Origin: a bacterium UBP1_UBA4783 | GTDB taxonomy: Bacteria; Krumholzibacteriota; Krumholzibacteriia; Krumholzibacteriales; Krumholzibacteriaceae | Length of the DNA: 64,000 nt | Reading direction: 5' to 3' | Assembly: GCA_002403075.1 (NCBI GenBank) | Contig: DHHB01000035.1 | Location: 22,886-86,885 of the forward strand | Shown: in pieces, positions 37,091 through 46,431 of the stretch | Numbering within the stretch: the stretch's first letter is position 1 | Layout of the letters: each line of letters starts with the position of its first letter | Made by a program: the position numbers and the translations under genes | The notes under the pieces: model-generated | Database searches by the model: none | What the model was told of the DNA's origin: nothing | Seen by the model: the letters and a program-made list of their open reading frames with translations, nothing else

Positions 37091-37114
37091 GTGGCTCGCC
37101 CCAATAGCTGGTAT
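37068..37114 (+). promoter_or_regulatory. tandem direct repeat (two boxes 31 bp apart) overlapping the nrdJ promoter; possible NrdR-type operator
   Basis: CCCCATATCTGGTAT (37068-37082) and CCCCAATAGCTGGTAT (37099-37114). Box 1 contains the imperfect dyad CCATATCTGG and partly resembles the NrdR-box consensus as I recall it. Confidence 0.35.
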
Positions 37115-37179
37115 CGAAAACCGCGGAACGGGGCGAAACAATCGACAGGATCTAAATTATTAAAGGAACGGGGGTTGGC

Positions 37180-39432
37180 ATGAATGCGCCTCGGAATAAG
37201 CCGCAGCTTTCCGAAAACACCCTTCGCGTGCTCGAAAAACGCTACCTTCGCAAGGATATCGACGGAAACGTGACCGAAACCCCCGAGGAGTTGTTCCAGC
37301 GGGTCGCCTTGAACGTTTCGTCGGCGGAGCGCCTCTACGGCAAGACCGAGAAATGCCGCCAGTGGAACGACGAGTACTACGACATGATGGCCTCCCTCGA
37401 TTTCCTGCCGAACTCGCCGACGCTCATGAACGCCGGCGCGGAGCTGCAGCAGCTCTCCGCGTGCTTCGTGCTGCCGATCGACGATTCGATGGAGAGCATC
37501 TTCGAGACGATCAAGCACACGGCGCTCATACACAAGAGCGGGGGCGGCACGGGGTTCTCCTTTTCGCGCATCCGTCCGAAAAACGACGTCGTCAAGACGA
37601 CGAAGGGCATCTCGAGCGGCCCCATATCCTTCATGACCGTGTTCGACGCAGCGACGGAGACGGTCAAGCAGGGCGGCACCCGCCGCGGCGCCAACATGGC
37701 GATCCTGCGCGTCGATCACCCCGACATACTCGATTTCATCACCGCGAAACGCGAGAACAGCCGGCTCAACAACTTCAACATCTCAGTCGGCGTCACCGAG
37801 GAGTTCATGCGCGCGGTCAAGGAGGACCGCGACTACGCGCTCATGAATCCGCACGGGGGCGAGGTCGTCGACCGCATCAGCGCGCGCAAGGTCTTCGAGA
37901 TGATCATCGAGTTCGCGTGGAAGAACGGCGAGCCGGGGATCGTGTTTCTCGACCGGATCAACCGGTTCAATCCGACGCCGCACGTCGGCGAGATCGAGAG
38001 CACGAACCCGTGCGGGGAGCAGCCGCTCCTGCCGTACGAGTCGTGCAACCTCGGCTCGATCAACCTCTCCCACATGATCGACCGGTCGGGACCGAAGCCC
38101 GCGATCGACTTCGCGAAGCTCGGGCAGATCGTGCGGAAAGCGGTTCGCTTTCTCGACGACGTGATCGACATGAACCGCTACCCGCTCGAAAAAATCCGGG
38201 AGATGACGCTCCAGAACCGCAAAATCGGGCTCGGGGTCATGGGATTCGCCGACATGCTCATCGCCCTCGAGATCCCGTACAACTCGGCGGAGGCGCTCGA
38301 GGTCGCCGAGGAGGTCATGGGGTTCATCCAGCGCGAATCGCGCGCCGCGAGCGAAGCGCTCGCCGCCGAGCGAGGCACCTTTCCGGCCTTCAAGGGGAGC
38401 GTGTACGACCGCGAGGGCGGCTCCCGGATGCGCAACGCCACGACGACCACCATCGCGCCGACGGGAACGCTCAGCATCATAGCCGGGTGCTCGAGCGGCA
38501 TCGAGCCGCTCTTCGCCGTCGCGTTCGTCCGCAACGTCATGGATCGCGACGAGCTCGTCGAGGTGAACCCGCACTTCAAGGAGATCGCCGAGCGCGAGGG
38601 GTTCTTCAGCGAAGAGCTCATGAAGAAGGTGGCCGCCGAAGGCACGATCGCCGGGATCCAGGAGATCCCCGAGAAATGGCGCCGGATATTCACGACGGCG
38701 CACGACATCAACCCCGAGTGGCACGTGCGGATCCAGGCGGCGTTCCAGAAGTACACGGACAACGCCGTGTCGAAAACCGTGAACTTCCCGAACGCGGCCA
38801 CCAAGCAGGACGTCGAGAAGGTATACGTGCTCGCGTACGAGCTCGGATGCAAGGGCGTGACGATCTACCGAGACGGCAGCCGCGACGAGCAGGTGCTCAA
38901 TATCGGCTCCGTGAACCGGGTCGAGGAGAAGGCCGCCGCGGGGGATCCGCTGCTCACGCCCCGGCCGCGCCCCTCCGTCATCGTCGGGAGCACTCGGAAG
39001 ATGACGACGGGCTGCGGCAACCTCTACGTCACGATCAACGAGGACGAGCACGGGCTGTTCGAGGTCTTCACCCAGATGGGAAAGGCGGGCGGGTGCTCGT
39101 CGTCGCAGGCCGAGGCGATCAGCCGGCTCATTTCGCTGTCGCTCCGCGCGGGGCTCGATCCGAAATCGATCGTGAAGCAGCTCCGCGGCGTGCGGTGTCC
39201 CAACCCCGGGTGGGAAAAGGGCGGCATGATCCTCTCGTGCAGCGACGCCATCGCGAAGGCGCTCGAGCGCTATCTCGCCGAAAAGAAGACCCCCGCCGGC
39301 AAGAAGGTCGCGAAGCTCGCCGCCGCCTCGTCGGAGAGGGTCGCCGGGTTCTGCCCCGATTGCGGTGGGATGCTCGAGCACGAGAGCGGCTGCGCCGTGT
39401 GCCACGGGTGCGGCTTCTCGAAGTGCGGATGA
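37180..39432 (+). CDS. nrdJ: adenosylcobalamin-dependent (class II) ribonucleotide reductase
   Basis: 750 aa. Active-site NPCGEQPLLPYESCNLGSINL. C-terminal zinc-ribbon tail CPDCGG...CAVCHGCGFSKCG. Confidence 0.92.
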   Translation: MNAPRNKPQLSENTLRVLEKRYLRKDIDGNVTETPEELFQRVALNVSSAERLYGKTEKCRQWNDEYYDMMASLDFLPNSPTLMNAGAELQQLSACFVLPIDDSMESIFETIKHTALIHKSGGGTGFSFSRIRPKNDVVKTTKGISSGPISFMTVFDAATETVKQGGTRRGANMAILRVDHPDILDFITAKRENSRLNNFNISVGVTEEFMRAVKEDRDYALMNPHGGEVVDRISARKVFEMIIEFAWKNGEPGIVFLDRINRFNPTPHVGEIESTNPCGEQPLLPYESCNLGSINLSHMIDRSGPKPAIDFAKLGQIVRKAVRFLDDVIDMNRYPLEKIREMTLQNRKIGLGVMGFADMLIALEIPYNSAEALEVAEEVMGFIQRESRAASEALAAERGTFPAFKGSVYDREGGSRMRNATTTTIAPTGTLSIIAGCSSGIEPLFAVAFVRNVMDRDELVEVNPHFKEIAEREGFFSEELMKKVAAEGTIAGIQEIPEKWRRIFTTAHDINPEWHVRIQAAFQKYTDNAVSKTVNFPNAATKQDVEKVYVLAYELGCKGVTIYRDGSRDEQVLNIGSVNRVEEKAAAGDPLLTPRPRPSVIVGSTRKMTTGCGNLYVTINEDEHGLFEVFTQMGKAGGCSSSQAEAISRLISLSLRAGLDPKSIVKQLRGVRCPNPGWEKGGMILSCSDAIAKALERYLAEKKTPAGKKVAKLAAASSERVAGFCPDCGGMLEHESGCAVCHGCGFSKCG

Positions 39433-39467
39433 CCCGCGCCGCACCGGGCGCGCACGCGACAGGCTCG

Positions 39468-39505
39468 AACGCCCCTTTCGACGACGGCCGGAAGGGGCGT
39501 TTTTT
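39468..39505 (+). terminator. intrinsic terminator after nrdJ
   Basis: AACGCCCCTT (39468-39477) pairs with AAGGGGCGTT (39492-39501), followed by TTTT. Confidence 0.75.
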
Positions 39506-39583
39506 CGTGGTTGCCGGCGCGGCGCGCGGCTTCGGCCGCGAGGGCGCGCCGGGGAGAGCCGCCGCGGAAACGGAGGATCGTTC

Positions 39584-40150
39584 ATGAAGAGCAAGGTCGA
39601 TTTCGACGCGTCGCAGACGCTCGCGCCCCTTCCCGTCGTGCTCGTCGGGTGCGCGCACGCGGAGCTCGGGCTCAACCTTCTCACGGTGGCGTGGACGGGG
39701 ATCGATTGCTCCGATCCTCCCGCGATCCACGTGTCGATCAGACCCGGCAGGCATTCCCACCGGATGATCGCGGAATCGGGTTGCTTCACCGTCAATGTCC
39801 CGATCCGCGACCTGCTCCGTCAGCTCGATCTCTGCGGGATCGTCTCGGGGCGCGACGGCGACAAGTGGCGCCGCGCGGGGCTCACGCCCCTCACGGGGAC
39901 GTCCGTCGCGGCGCCGCTCGTGGCCGAGTGTCCCGTGAACTTCGAGTGCGCGCTCGCGAGAGTCGTTCCCCTCGGCGCGCACGACATGTTCATCGGCGAG
40001 ATCGTCGCCCGCCACGCGGACGCGGATCTCGTCCGCGGCGGCCGCGTCGACTTCTCGAAGCTGCCGCTCGTCGCGTACGTGAACGGCGAATACTGGAGCC
40101 TCGGCGAGCGGATCGGGACGTACGGTTTCTCGGGAAAGGAGCGGGCGTGA
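39584..40150 (+). CDS. flavin reductase-like (FMN-binding split-barrel) protein
   Basis: 188 aa. Flavin_Reduct-type pattern (PVVLVGC..., TVAWTG..., FTVNVP, DMFIGEIV). SD GGAGGA upstream. Confidence 0.8.
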   Translation: MKSKVDFDASQTLAPLPVVLVGCAHAELGLNLLTVAWTGIDCSDPPAIHVSIRPGRHSHRMIAESGCFTVNVPIRDLLRQLDLCGIVSGRDGDKWRRAGLTPLTGTSVAAPLVAECPVNFECALARVVPLGAHDMFIGEIVARHADADLVRGGRVDFSKLPLVAYVNGEYWSLGERIGTYGFSGKERA

Positions 40151-41538
40151 GCGGAGAGGGGGGGGGACCGGACGGGCGCTCGGCGATCCTCGTCGCGACG
40201 ATCGCTTCGTTCGTCGCGCCGTTCATGGGGGCGGCCGTCAACGTCGCGCTCCCGGCGATCGGCGCGGAGTTCTCGCTGCCGGCCGTCTCGCTCGGATGGG
40301 TCGCGACGGCCTACCTTCTCGCCGCCGCGATATTCCTCCTGCCGTTCGGACGACTCGGCGACCTGTACGGCCGCAAAAGGATCTTTCTCGCCGGCAACGT
40401 CCTCTTTACGATCGCCTCGCTCCTGTGCGCGTTCGCGGTCTCGGCGACGATGCTCGTGGGGGCTCGTTTCCTGCAGGGCGTCGGAGCGGCCATGATATTC
40501 GGAACGAGCGTCGCCATCGTCACTTCGGCCGTTCCGCCGGGGAAACGGGGGCGGGCGCTCGGCGTCGCCGTCGCGGCCACCTACCTCGGGCTCTCTCTCG
40601 GACCGGTCGTCGGCGGATTTCTCACCCACTGGCTCGGATGGCGGAGCATCTTCCTCTTCACGGCGCCGCTCGGGGCGCTCGTGATCGCGTTCGTCGTCCT
40701 TCGTCTCGAGGGGGAGTGGACGGGGGCGAAGGGGGAGCGGTTCGACGCGCCCGGCGCCGTTCTCTCGAGCGGTTCGCTCGCCTCGCTCATGTACGGGTTC
40801 ACGCGGCTTCCCGCCGCGGCCGGCGCGTGGCTCATCCTCGCCGGAGCCGCGGGCCTCCTCGCCTTCGGGCTCTGGGAGCTCCGCGCCCGGCAGCCGCTCA
40901 TCGATCTTCGCCTCGCGGCGGGGAACCGCGTCTTCGCTTTCTCGAACCTCGCCGCGCTCGTCAACTACAGCGCGAGCTTCGCCGTCGGATTCCTCATGAG
41001 CCTCTACCTCCAGTACGTCAAGGGGTTCGATCCGCGCCAGGCAGGCGCCGTCCTCGTCGCTCAGCCGATCGTCATGGCGCTGTGCTCCCCGTTCGCCGGG
41101 CGGCTCTCCGACCGGATCGAATCCCGGATCGTGGCCTCCGCCGGCATGGCGATCACGGCGGCCTCCCTCTTTCTCTTCATCTTTCTCGGCGCCGGGACGC
41201 CGCTCGCCGCCGTCGTTCTCAACCTCATGCTGCTCGGGCTCGGCTTCGCCCTGTTCTCCTCGCCGAACACGAACGCTGTCATGAGCTCCGTCGAAAGCCG
41301 CTTCTACGGCGTCGCCGGGGCGACGCTCGGCACCATGCGCGCGGCCGGCCAGATGATGAGCCTCGGGATCGCGATGCTCGTCTTCGCGCTCGTGCTCGGC
41401 GGCGCGCGGATCACCCCGGAGCTGCACGGGCGGTTCGTCGAGAGCGTGAGACTCGCCTTCGTCGTCTTCGCCGCCCTGAGCGTCGCCGCCGTTTTCGCCT
41501 CTCTCGCCCGCGGTTCCGTCCGCGGGCGCGCCGAATAA
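40147..41538 (+). CDS. MFS transporter, DHA2 (14-TMS drug:H+ antiporter)-like
   Basis: GTG 40147 overlaps the upstream stop. Motif A GRLGDLYGRKRIF. About 14 hydrophobic segments. Confidence 0.85.
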   Translation: MSGEGGGPDGRSAILVATIASFVAPFMGAAVNVALPAIGAEFSLPAVSLGWVATAYLLAAAIFLLPFGRLGDLYGRKRIFLAGNVLFTIASLLCAFAVSATMLVGARFLQGVGAAMIFGTSVAIVTSAVPPGKRGRALGVAVAATYLGLSLGPVVGGFLTHWLGWRSIFLFTAPLGALVIAFVVLRLEGEWTGAKGERFDAPGAVLSSGSLASLMYGFTRLPAAAGAWLILAGAAGLLAFGLWELRARQPLIDLRLAAGNRVFAFSNLAALVNYSASFAVGFLMSLYLQYVKGFDPRQAGAVLVAQPIVMALCSPFAGRLSDRIESRIVASAGMAITAASLFLFIFLGAGTPLAAVVLNLMLLGLGFALFSSPNTNAVMSSVESRFYGVAGATLGTMRAAGQMMSLGIAMLVFALVLGGARITPELHGRFVESVRLAFVVFAALSVAAVFASLARGSVRGRAE

Positions 41539-41617
41539 CGGCGTTCGCGCCGCTGTATCCCCGGAGAAACCGCTCGACAACGAAGCGCTGCGACGGCGGC
41601 GATCCATTCTCGGCGAG

Positions 41618-42544
41618 GTGACCACGATGAACGAACGCGTGTTCGGCCGCGGCACGGGGTGGCTCCCCGACTATCCGGACGTCCGCGATTACACCGTCGA
41701 CCGCGGCGAGGTGAGTCCGCGGCTGCGTGAGCTCGGGGAGCGGGATTCGGTGCGGGCGATGCTCGCCAAGTCCCTCGGCGGCCGCCGCCGCGGCGGAGCG
41801 ATCCCAGCGACCGCCGATCTGCGGCGGTGGTGCTCCCGCGTGGAGGATCAGGGGGAGATCGGCTCGTGCACGGCGCACGCCGCCGCCTCCCTCGTCGAGT
41901 ACTTCGAGCGGCGCTCGTTCGGCTCCCACACGGACGTCTCGCGCCTCTTCGTCTACAAGACGACGCGGAACCTCATGCGCGCCGACGGCGACACGGGGGC
42001 GTTCATCCGCGCGGCGATGGGAGCGCTCGTGCTCTTCGGCGCCCCCCCCGAGGAATACTGGCCGTACCGCCCGGCGGCGTTCGATCGCGAGCCGCCCGCC
42101 TTCTGCTACGCCTTCGCCCGGAGCTACCGGGCGGTGAGCTACTACCGGCTCGATCCGCCCGGCGCCGCTCCGGAAGAGCTTCTCCTGCGCCTGCGCGCGA
42201 ACCTCGCCGCGGGGCTTCCCGCGATGTTCGGGTTCACCGTGTACGGCTCGATCGCGGAGGCCGCGGATTCGGGACGGATACCGTTTCCGGGAGGGAGCGA
42301 CGAAGTCGTCGGCGGGCACGCGGTCGCGGCGGTCGGCTACGACGACCGCATGAAGATCCGCGGCGCTTCTTCGGGCTCGCCGGAAACGACGGGAGCGCTC
42401 CTCGTCCGCAACTCGTGGGGCGCCTCGTGGGGGGAGAAGGGGTACGGCTGGCTGCCCTACGCCTACGTTCTCGAGGGGCTCGCCGACGACGTCTGGTCGC
42501 TGCTCAAGAACGAGTGGATCGATACGGGGCAGTTCAAGGCGTAG
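41618..42544 (+). CDS. papain-like (C1 family) cysteine peptidase, no signal peptide
   Basis: Catalytic Cys context DQGEIGSCTAHA, His GGHAVAAVGYDD, and NSWGASWGEKGYGWLPY. GTG 41618 or ATG 41627. Confidence 0.8.
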   Translation: MTTMNERVFGRGTGWLPDYPDVRDYTVDRGEVSPRLRELGERDSVRAMLAKSLGGRRRGGAIPATADLRRWCSRVEDQGEIGSCTAHAAASLVEYFERRSFGSHTDVSRLFVYKTTRNLMRADGDTGAFIRAAMGALVLFGAPPEEYWPYRPAAFDREPPAFCYAFARSYRAVSYYRLDPPGAAPEELLLRLRANLAAGLPAMFGFTVYGSIAEAADSGRIPFPGGSDEVVGGHAVAAVGYDDRMKIRGASSGSPETTGALLVRNSWGASWGEKGYGWLPYAYVLEGLADDVWSLLKNEWIDTGQFKA

Positions 42545-42545
42545 C

Positions 42546-43718
42546 TCAGGCGGCGAACAGGAGGGCGATCCGGTCGGCGACGCAGAACCCCTCGATCGTT
42601 GGAACGGCGCGGTCGCCCTCGACCGAGACGAGGGAGTCGCGGACGAGCCGGTCGAGCACGGCCTCCCAGTCGGGGCGCCGCCGCAGCGTCGCGAGCGGAA
42701 CGCCGTCCGCCGTCCGGAATCCGAGCGAGAGGGATTCGAGGGCGCGCTCCTCCTCTCCGATCGTTTCCCGGCCCTCGACGGGCGCGCGGCCCTCTTCGGC
42801 CGCGCCGAGGTACGCGTCGAGCGGCCGCACGTTCCACCACCGCTCGTCCCCGCCGAACGAGTGCGCCGATGGGCCGAGGCCGAGGTAGGGCACGCCTCGC
42901 CAGTAGGCGAGGTTGTGCCGCGAGACGTGCGCCGCGCCGCGCGCGAAGTTCGAGACTTCGTAGTGGATATACCCGCGCGACCGGAGCAGGGCGGAGGTTT
43001 CGAGAAGGAATCGGCGTCCCGCCGTCTCGCTCATCCCGCGGAGCGTCCCCGCGGCCCGGCGCGCCCCGAACTCCGTTCCGGCGTCGATCGTGAGCTCGTA
43101 GCACGAGAGGTGCTCGGGCGCGTGATCGAGGGCGGTCTCGAGCGTGCGCATCCATGAGCCGAACGTCTGCCCCTCGATACCGTACATGAGATCGACGCCG
43201 AGGTTCGCGAACCCCGCCTCGCGCGCGAGGGCGATCGCCCCTCGCGCCGTCGATGCGTCGTGCCGGCGTCGAAGCCGCCGCAGAACCGCGTCGTCGAACG
43301 ACTGGACGCCGAGAGAGAGCCGCGTGACGCCGAGCCTCCGCCACGCGGCGAGCAGATCGGCGTCGACGTCGTCCGGATTGGCCTCGATCGTCGCCTCGAC
43401 CCCGGCCGAAAAAACGAAGACGCCGCGAAGGGTGTCGAAGAGGCGCGAGACGTCCCCGGCGCCGAGCAGCGAGGGCGTGCCGCCGCCGATGTACAGCGTG
43501 TCGAACGCCGGGAAGACGCCGCGGTAGAGCGCGGCCTCCCGCTCGAGGGCGGCGAGCCAGCGGCGCTCGTTTCCGCTCTCGGGCGTCGAGTAGAATCCGC
43601 AGTAGGGGCATTTCGTCCGGCAGAACGGCACGTGGACGTAGAGACCCGCTCCGGCGCCGCCCGCCGTCGGCGGGACGCGCCAGGCGGGCGCGGCGGGAGA
43701 GCCGTCATTCCTCTTCAT
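42546..43718 (-). CDS. hemW: radical SAM heme chaperone HemW / oxygen-independent coproporphyrinogen oxidase-like
   Basis: LYVHVPFCRTKCPYCGF radical-SAM motif plus a HemN_C-like C-terminus. Lies immediately downstream of lepA (14-nt overlap). Confidence 0.85.
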   Translation of the reverse strand: MKRNDGSPAAPAWRVPPTAGGAGAGLYVHVPFCRTKCPYCGFYSTPESGNERRWLAALEREAALYRGVFPAFDTLYIGGGTPSLLGAGDVSRLFDTLRGVFVFSAGVEATIEANPDDVDADLLAAWRRLGVTRLSLGVQSFDDAVLRRLRRRHDASTARGAIALAREAGFANLGVDLMYGIEGQTFGSWMRTLETALDHAPEHLSCYELTIDAGTEFGARRAAGTLRGMSETAGRRFLLETSALLRSRGYIHYEVSNFARGAAHVSRHNLAYWRGVPYLGLGPSAHSFGGDERWWNVRPLDAYLGAAEEGRAPVEGRETIGEEERALESLSLGFRTADGVPLATLRRRPDWEAVLDRLVRDSLVSVEGDRAVPTIEGFCVADRIALLFAA

Positions 43719-45504
43719 TCGTCTTGAGAACCGCCACGAAGGCGCTCTGGGGGATCATGACCTGGCCGACGGTGCGCATCTTCTTCTTGCCCTTCGCCTG
43801 CTTCTCGAGGAGCTTCCGCTTCCGGGTGATGTCGCCGCCGTAGCACTTGGCGGTCACGTCCTTGCGGAAGGGGGCCACGGTCGAGCGGGCGACGATCTTG
43901 CCGCCGATCGCCCCTTGGATCGCGATCTTGAAGAGATGCCGCGGAATCTCCTTGCGGAGCCTCTCGCAGACGTTCACCGCGCGCATGCGCGCGCGATCCG
44001 CGTGGACGACGATAGCCAGCGCGTCCACGCGCTCGCCGTTCACGAGGATGTCGAGCTTCACGAGCTCGCTCCGGCGGTAATCGAGAAGCTCGTAGTCGAA
44101 GGAGCCGTAGCCCTGCGTGACGCTCTTGAGCTTGTCGTAGAAATCGTAGACGACTTCGCTCAAAGGGAGGTCGAAGAGGAGCTCGATCCGGCCCGGGACC
44201 GGATAGCCGTAACGCGGGTTTTCCCCCCTTCGGTCGAGGCAGAGCTTCATGACGGCCCCGAGGTAGCGGTCCGGCATGAGGATCGTCGCGCGGATGTACG
44301 GCTCGAGGGCATAGTCGATGGCGATCGGATCGGGGTAGTGCACGGGATTGTCGACGACGATCGTCTCTCCGCTCTTGAGAACGAAGTGAAACTCGACGCT
44401 CGGCGACGTCATGATGATCGATTGATCGAACTCCCGCTCGAGCCGTTCCTGGAATATCTCGAGGTGGAGGAGCCCGAGGAAGCCGCACCGGAACCCTTGC
44501 CCGAGCGCGGCGGAGGAATCGCGCTGATACACGAGCGAGGCGTCGTTCAGCTTGTAGCGCTCCATCGAATCGGCGAGCGCGTCGAAGTCCTCGCTGCTCA
44601 CGGGATAAATGGAGGAAAAGACGACCGGCTTGACCTCGCGGAACCCGGGAAGCGGCGCCGCCACGGGTCTGTCGACGTGCGTGATCGTGTCGCCGATGCG
44701 GGTGTCGCTCACGGTCTTGATCCCGGCGATGACGTATCCGACCTCTCCCGCCCGGAGGGCGGGGCGGCGTTCACGGTCGATGCGGAACACGCCGACCTCT
44801 TCGACGCGGTGCGACGTGCCGAGGGACATGAGCCGGATGTCGTCCCCCGCGCGGATCGTTCCGTCGAAGATGCGGAAGCTGATGATGGCGCCGCGGAAGG
44901 GGTCGTATTTCGCGTCGAAGATGAGCGCGGCGAGCGGCGCCTCGGGTTCCCCCGCCGGCGGCGGGATGCGGAGCGTGATCGCCTCGAGGATGTCGTCGAT
45001 GCCGGTCCCCTCCTTGGCGGAGCAGAGGATCGCGTCGTCGGCGTCGAGCCCGAGTTCCGTCTCGATCTCGACGCGCGTATGATCGATGTCGGCGGAGGGG
45101 GAATCGATCTTGTTGATCACGGGGATGATCGCGAGCTGGTGCTCGAGCGCGGCGTACATATTGGCGAGCGTCTGCGCCTGCACCCCCTGCGTCGCGTCGA
45201 CGAGGAGCAGCACGCCCTCGCAGGAGGCGAGCGCGCGGGACACCTCGTACGAGAAATCGACGTGCCCCGGGGTGTCGATGAGGTTGAGGATGTACTGCTC
45301 GCCGGCGGCGCTCGTGTAGGGCATGCACACGGTCTGGCTCTTGATCGTGATGCCGCGCTCGCGCTCGATATCCATCGTGTCGAGCATCTGATCGTGGAAT
45401 TCGCGGTCCTCGACGAGCTTCGCGCGCTGTATGAAACGGTCGGCGAGCGTGGATTTTCCGTGATCGATGTGCGCGATGATGCTGAAATTGCGTATCTGCG
45501 CCAT
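43705..45504 (-). CDS. lepA: translation elongation factor 4
   Basis: ATG 45504 (MAQIRNFSIIAHIDHGKSTLADR). G-domain motifs and a LepA-specific C-terminal domain. 599 aa. Confidence 0.95.
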   Translation of the reverse strand: MAQIRNFSIIAHIDHGKSTLADRFIQRAKLVEDREFHDQMLDTMDIERERGITIKSQTVCMPYTSAAGEQYILNLIDTPGHVDFSYEVSRALASCEGVLLLVDATQGVQAQTLANMYAALEHQLAIIPVINKIDSPSADIDHTRVEIETELGLDADDAILCSAKEGTGIDDILEAITLRIPPPAGEPEAPLAALIFDAKYDPFRGAIISFRIFDGTIRAGDDIRLMSLGTSHRVEEVGVFRIDRERRPALRAGEVGYVIAGIKTVSDTRIGDTITHVDRPVAAPLPGFREVKPVVFSSIYPVSSEDFDALADSMERYKLNDASLVYQRDSSAALGQGFRCGFLGLLHLEIFQERLEREFDQSIIMTSPSVEFHFVLKSGETIVVDNPVHYPDPIAIDYALEPYIRATILMPDRYLGAVMKLCLDRRGENPRYGYPVPGRIELLFDLPLSEVVYDFYDKLKSVTQGYGSFDYELLDYRRSELVKLDILVNGERVDALAIVVHADRARMRAVNVCERLRKEIPRHLFKIAIQGAIGGKIVARSTVAPFRKDVTAKCYGGDITRKRKLLEKQAKGKKKMRTVGQVMIPQSAFVAVLKTNEEE

Positions 45505-45784
45505 GCGGCGGCCACCCCGTGCCGTGCGTTTCCGGTGAACGTGAACGATGAAATGTAGCGATTTCACGCCCGGGTGTAAAGACCGCTTTTGGACGGCCCC
45601 GCGCCGGAACGTTCGCTCGCCCGTCCCGCTCGAATCGGTTCGCGCCGGCGGCAACTGCCGACGGCAAATGCGCCGTTGTGCGGGACGCGCGGCGTGCGCT
45701 ATAGTGAGCCTTCCCGCGGGCGACCGGCGCCGCCCGCGGGCTCATGCGGTCCGCATCGCCCGGGGCTTCAGCGGGAAGACGCCT

Positions 45785-46387
45785 ATGGACTGGAACACGA
45801 TCATCGACGGCACGCTCTTTCGATGGGTCGTCACGCCTCTCCTCATCTTTCTCGCGCGCATCGGCGACCAGTCGATCGGCACGATCCGGATCATCTTTAT
45901 CGGGCGAGGGAACAAGGTCATCGCGCCGTTCCTCGGATTTTTCGAGGTGCTCATCTGGCTGCTCGCGATACGCCAGATCATGACGAACCTCACGAACGGC
46001 TTCTACTACGTCGCCTACGCGGGAGGTTTCGCCGCGGGCACGTTCGTCGGCATGTACATCGAGGAAAAGCTCGCGATGGGGGTGATGCTCATCCGCATCG
46101 TGACGAGCCAGGGGGACGAGGCGCTCATCGAGCGGCTCAAGGCGGAGGATTACGGGGTGACGAGCGTGGACGCCGCCGGGGCGCGCGGGCAGGTGCACCT
46201 CATCTATACGATCGTGAAGCGCGCGGATCTCGCGCGCGTCGTCGGCATCATCGACCGCTTCAATCCGCGGGCCTTCTACACGATCGAGGACGTCCGGTTC
46301 GCGAGGGAAGGGGTGTTTCCGGCGGACGGCCGCTCGCCGCTGCGGAGGCATCTCGACGTGTTCCGGTTCTGGAAAAAGGGCAAGTGA
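45785..46387 (+). CDS. UPF0316 family membrane protein (DUF5698 + DUF2179)
   Basis: FLARIGDQSIGTIRIIF..., YAGGFAAGTFVGMYIEEKLAMG, then a soluble C-terminal domain ...TIVKRADL...FYTIEDV. Confidence 0.75.
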   Translation: MDWNTIIDGTLFRWVVTPLLIFLARIGDQSIGTIRIIFIGRGNKVIAPFLGFFEVLIWLLAIRQIMTNLTNGFYYVAYAGGFAAGTFVGMYIEEKLAMGVMLIRIVTSQGDEALIERLKAEDYGVTSVDAAGARGQVHLIYTIVKRADLARVVGIIDRFNPRAFYTIEDVRFAREGVFPADGRSPLRRHLDVFRFWKKGK

Positions 46388-46431
46388 CGCTCCGCCCCGC
46401 GGGCCGGCGGGCGGCGGGAGATCGAGACGCG

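Noticed and set aside
36970-37179. Cobalamin riboswitch or coding ORF (36810-37163) in the nrdJ leader
   Set aside because: I could not find a B12-box-like core or the expected multi-stem architecture. B12 riboswitches normally control B12-independent RNRs rather than nrdJ. The 117-aa ORF runs from the PP2C gene's 3' end through AT-rich promoter DNA and has no SD.
45713-45740. 10-bp GC stem (CCCGCGGGCG / CGCCCGCGGG) in the leader of the UPF0316 gene
   Set aside because: There is no T-tract and no recognisable riboswitch features. GC-rich self-complementary runs are expected by chance in DNA this GC-rich.
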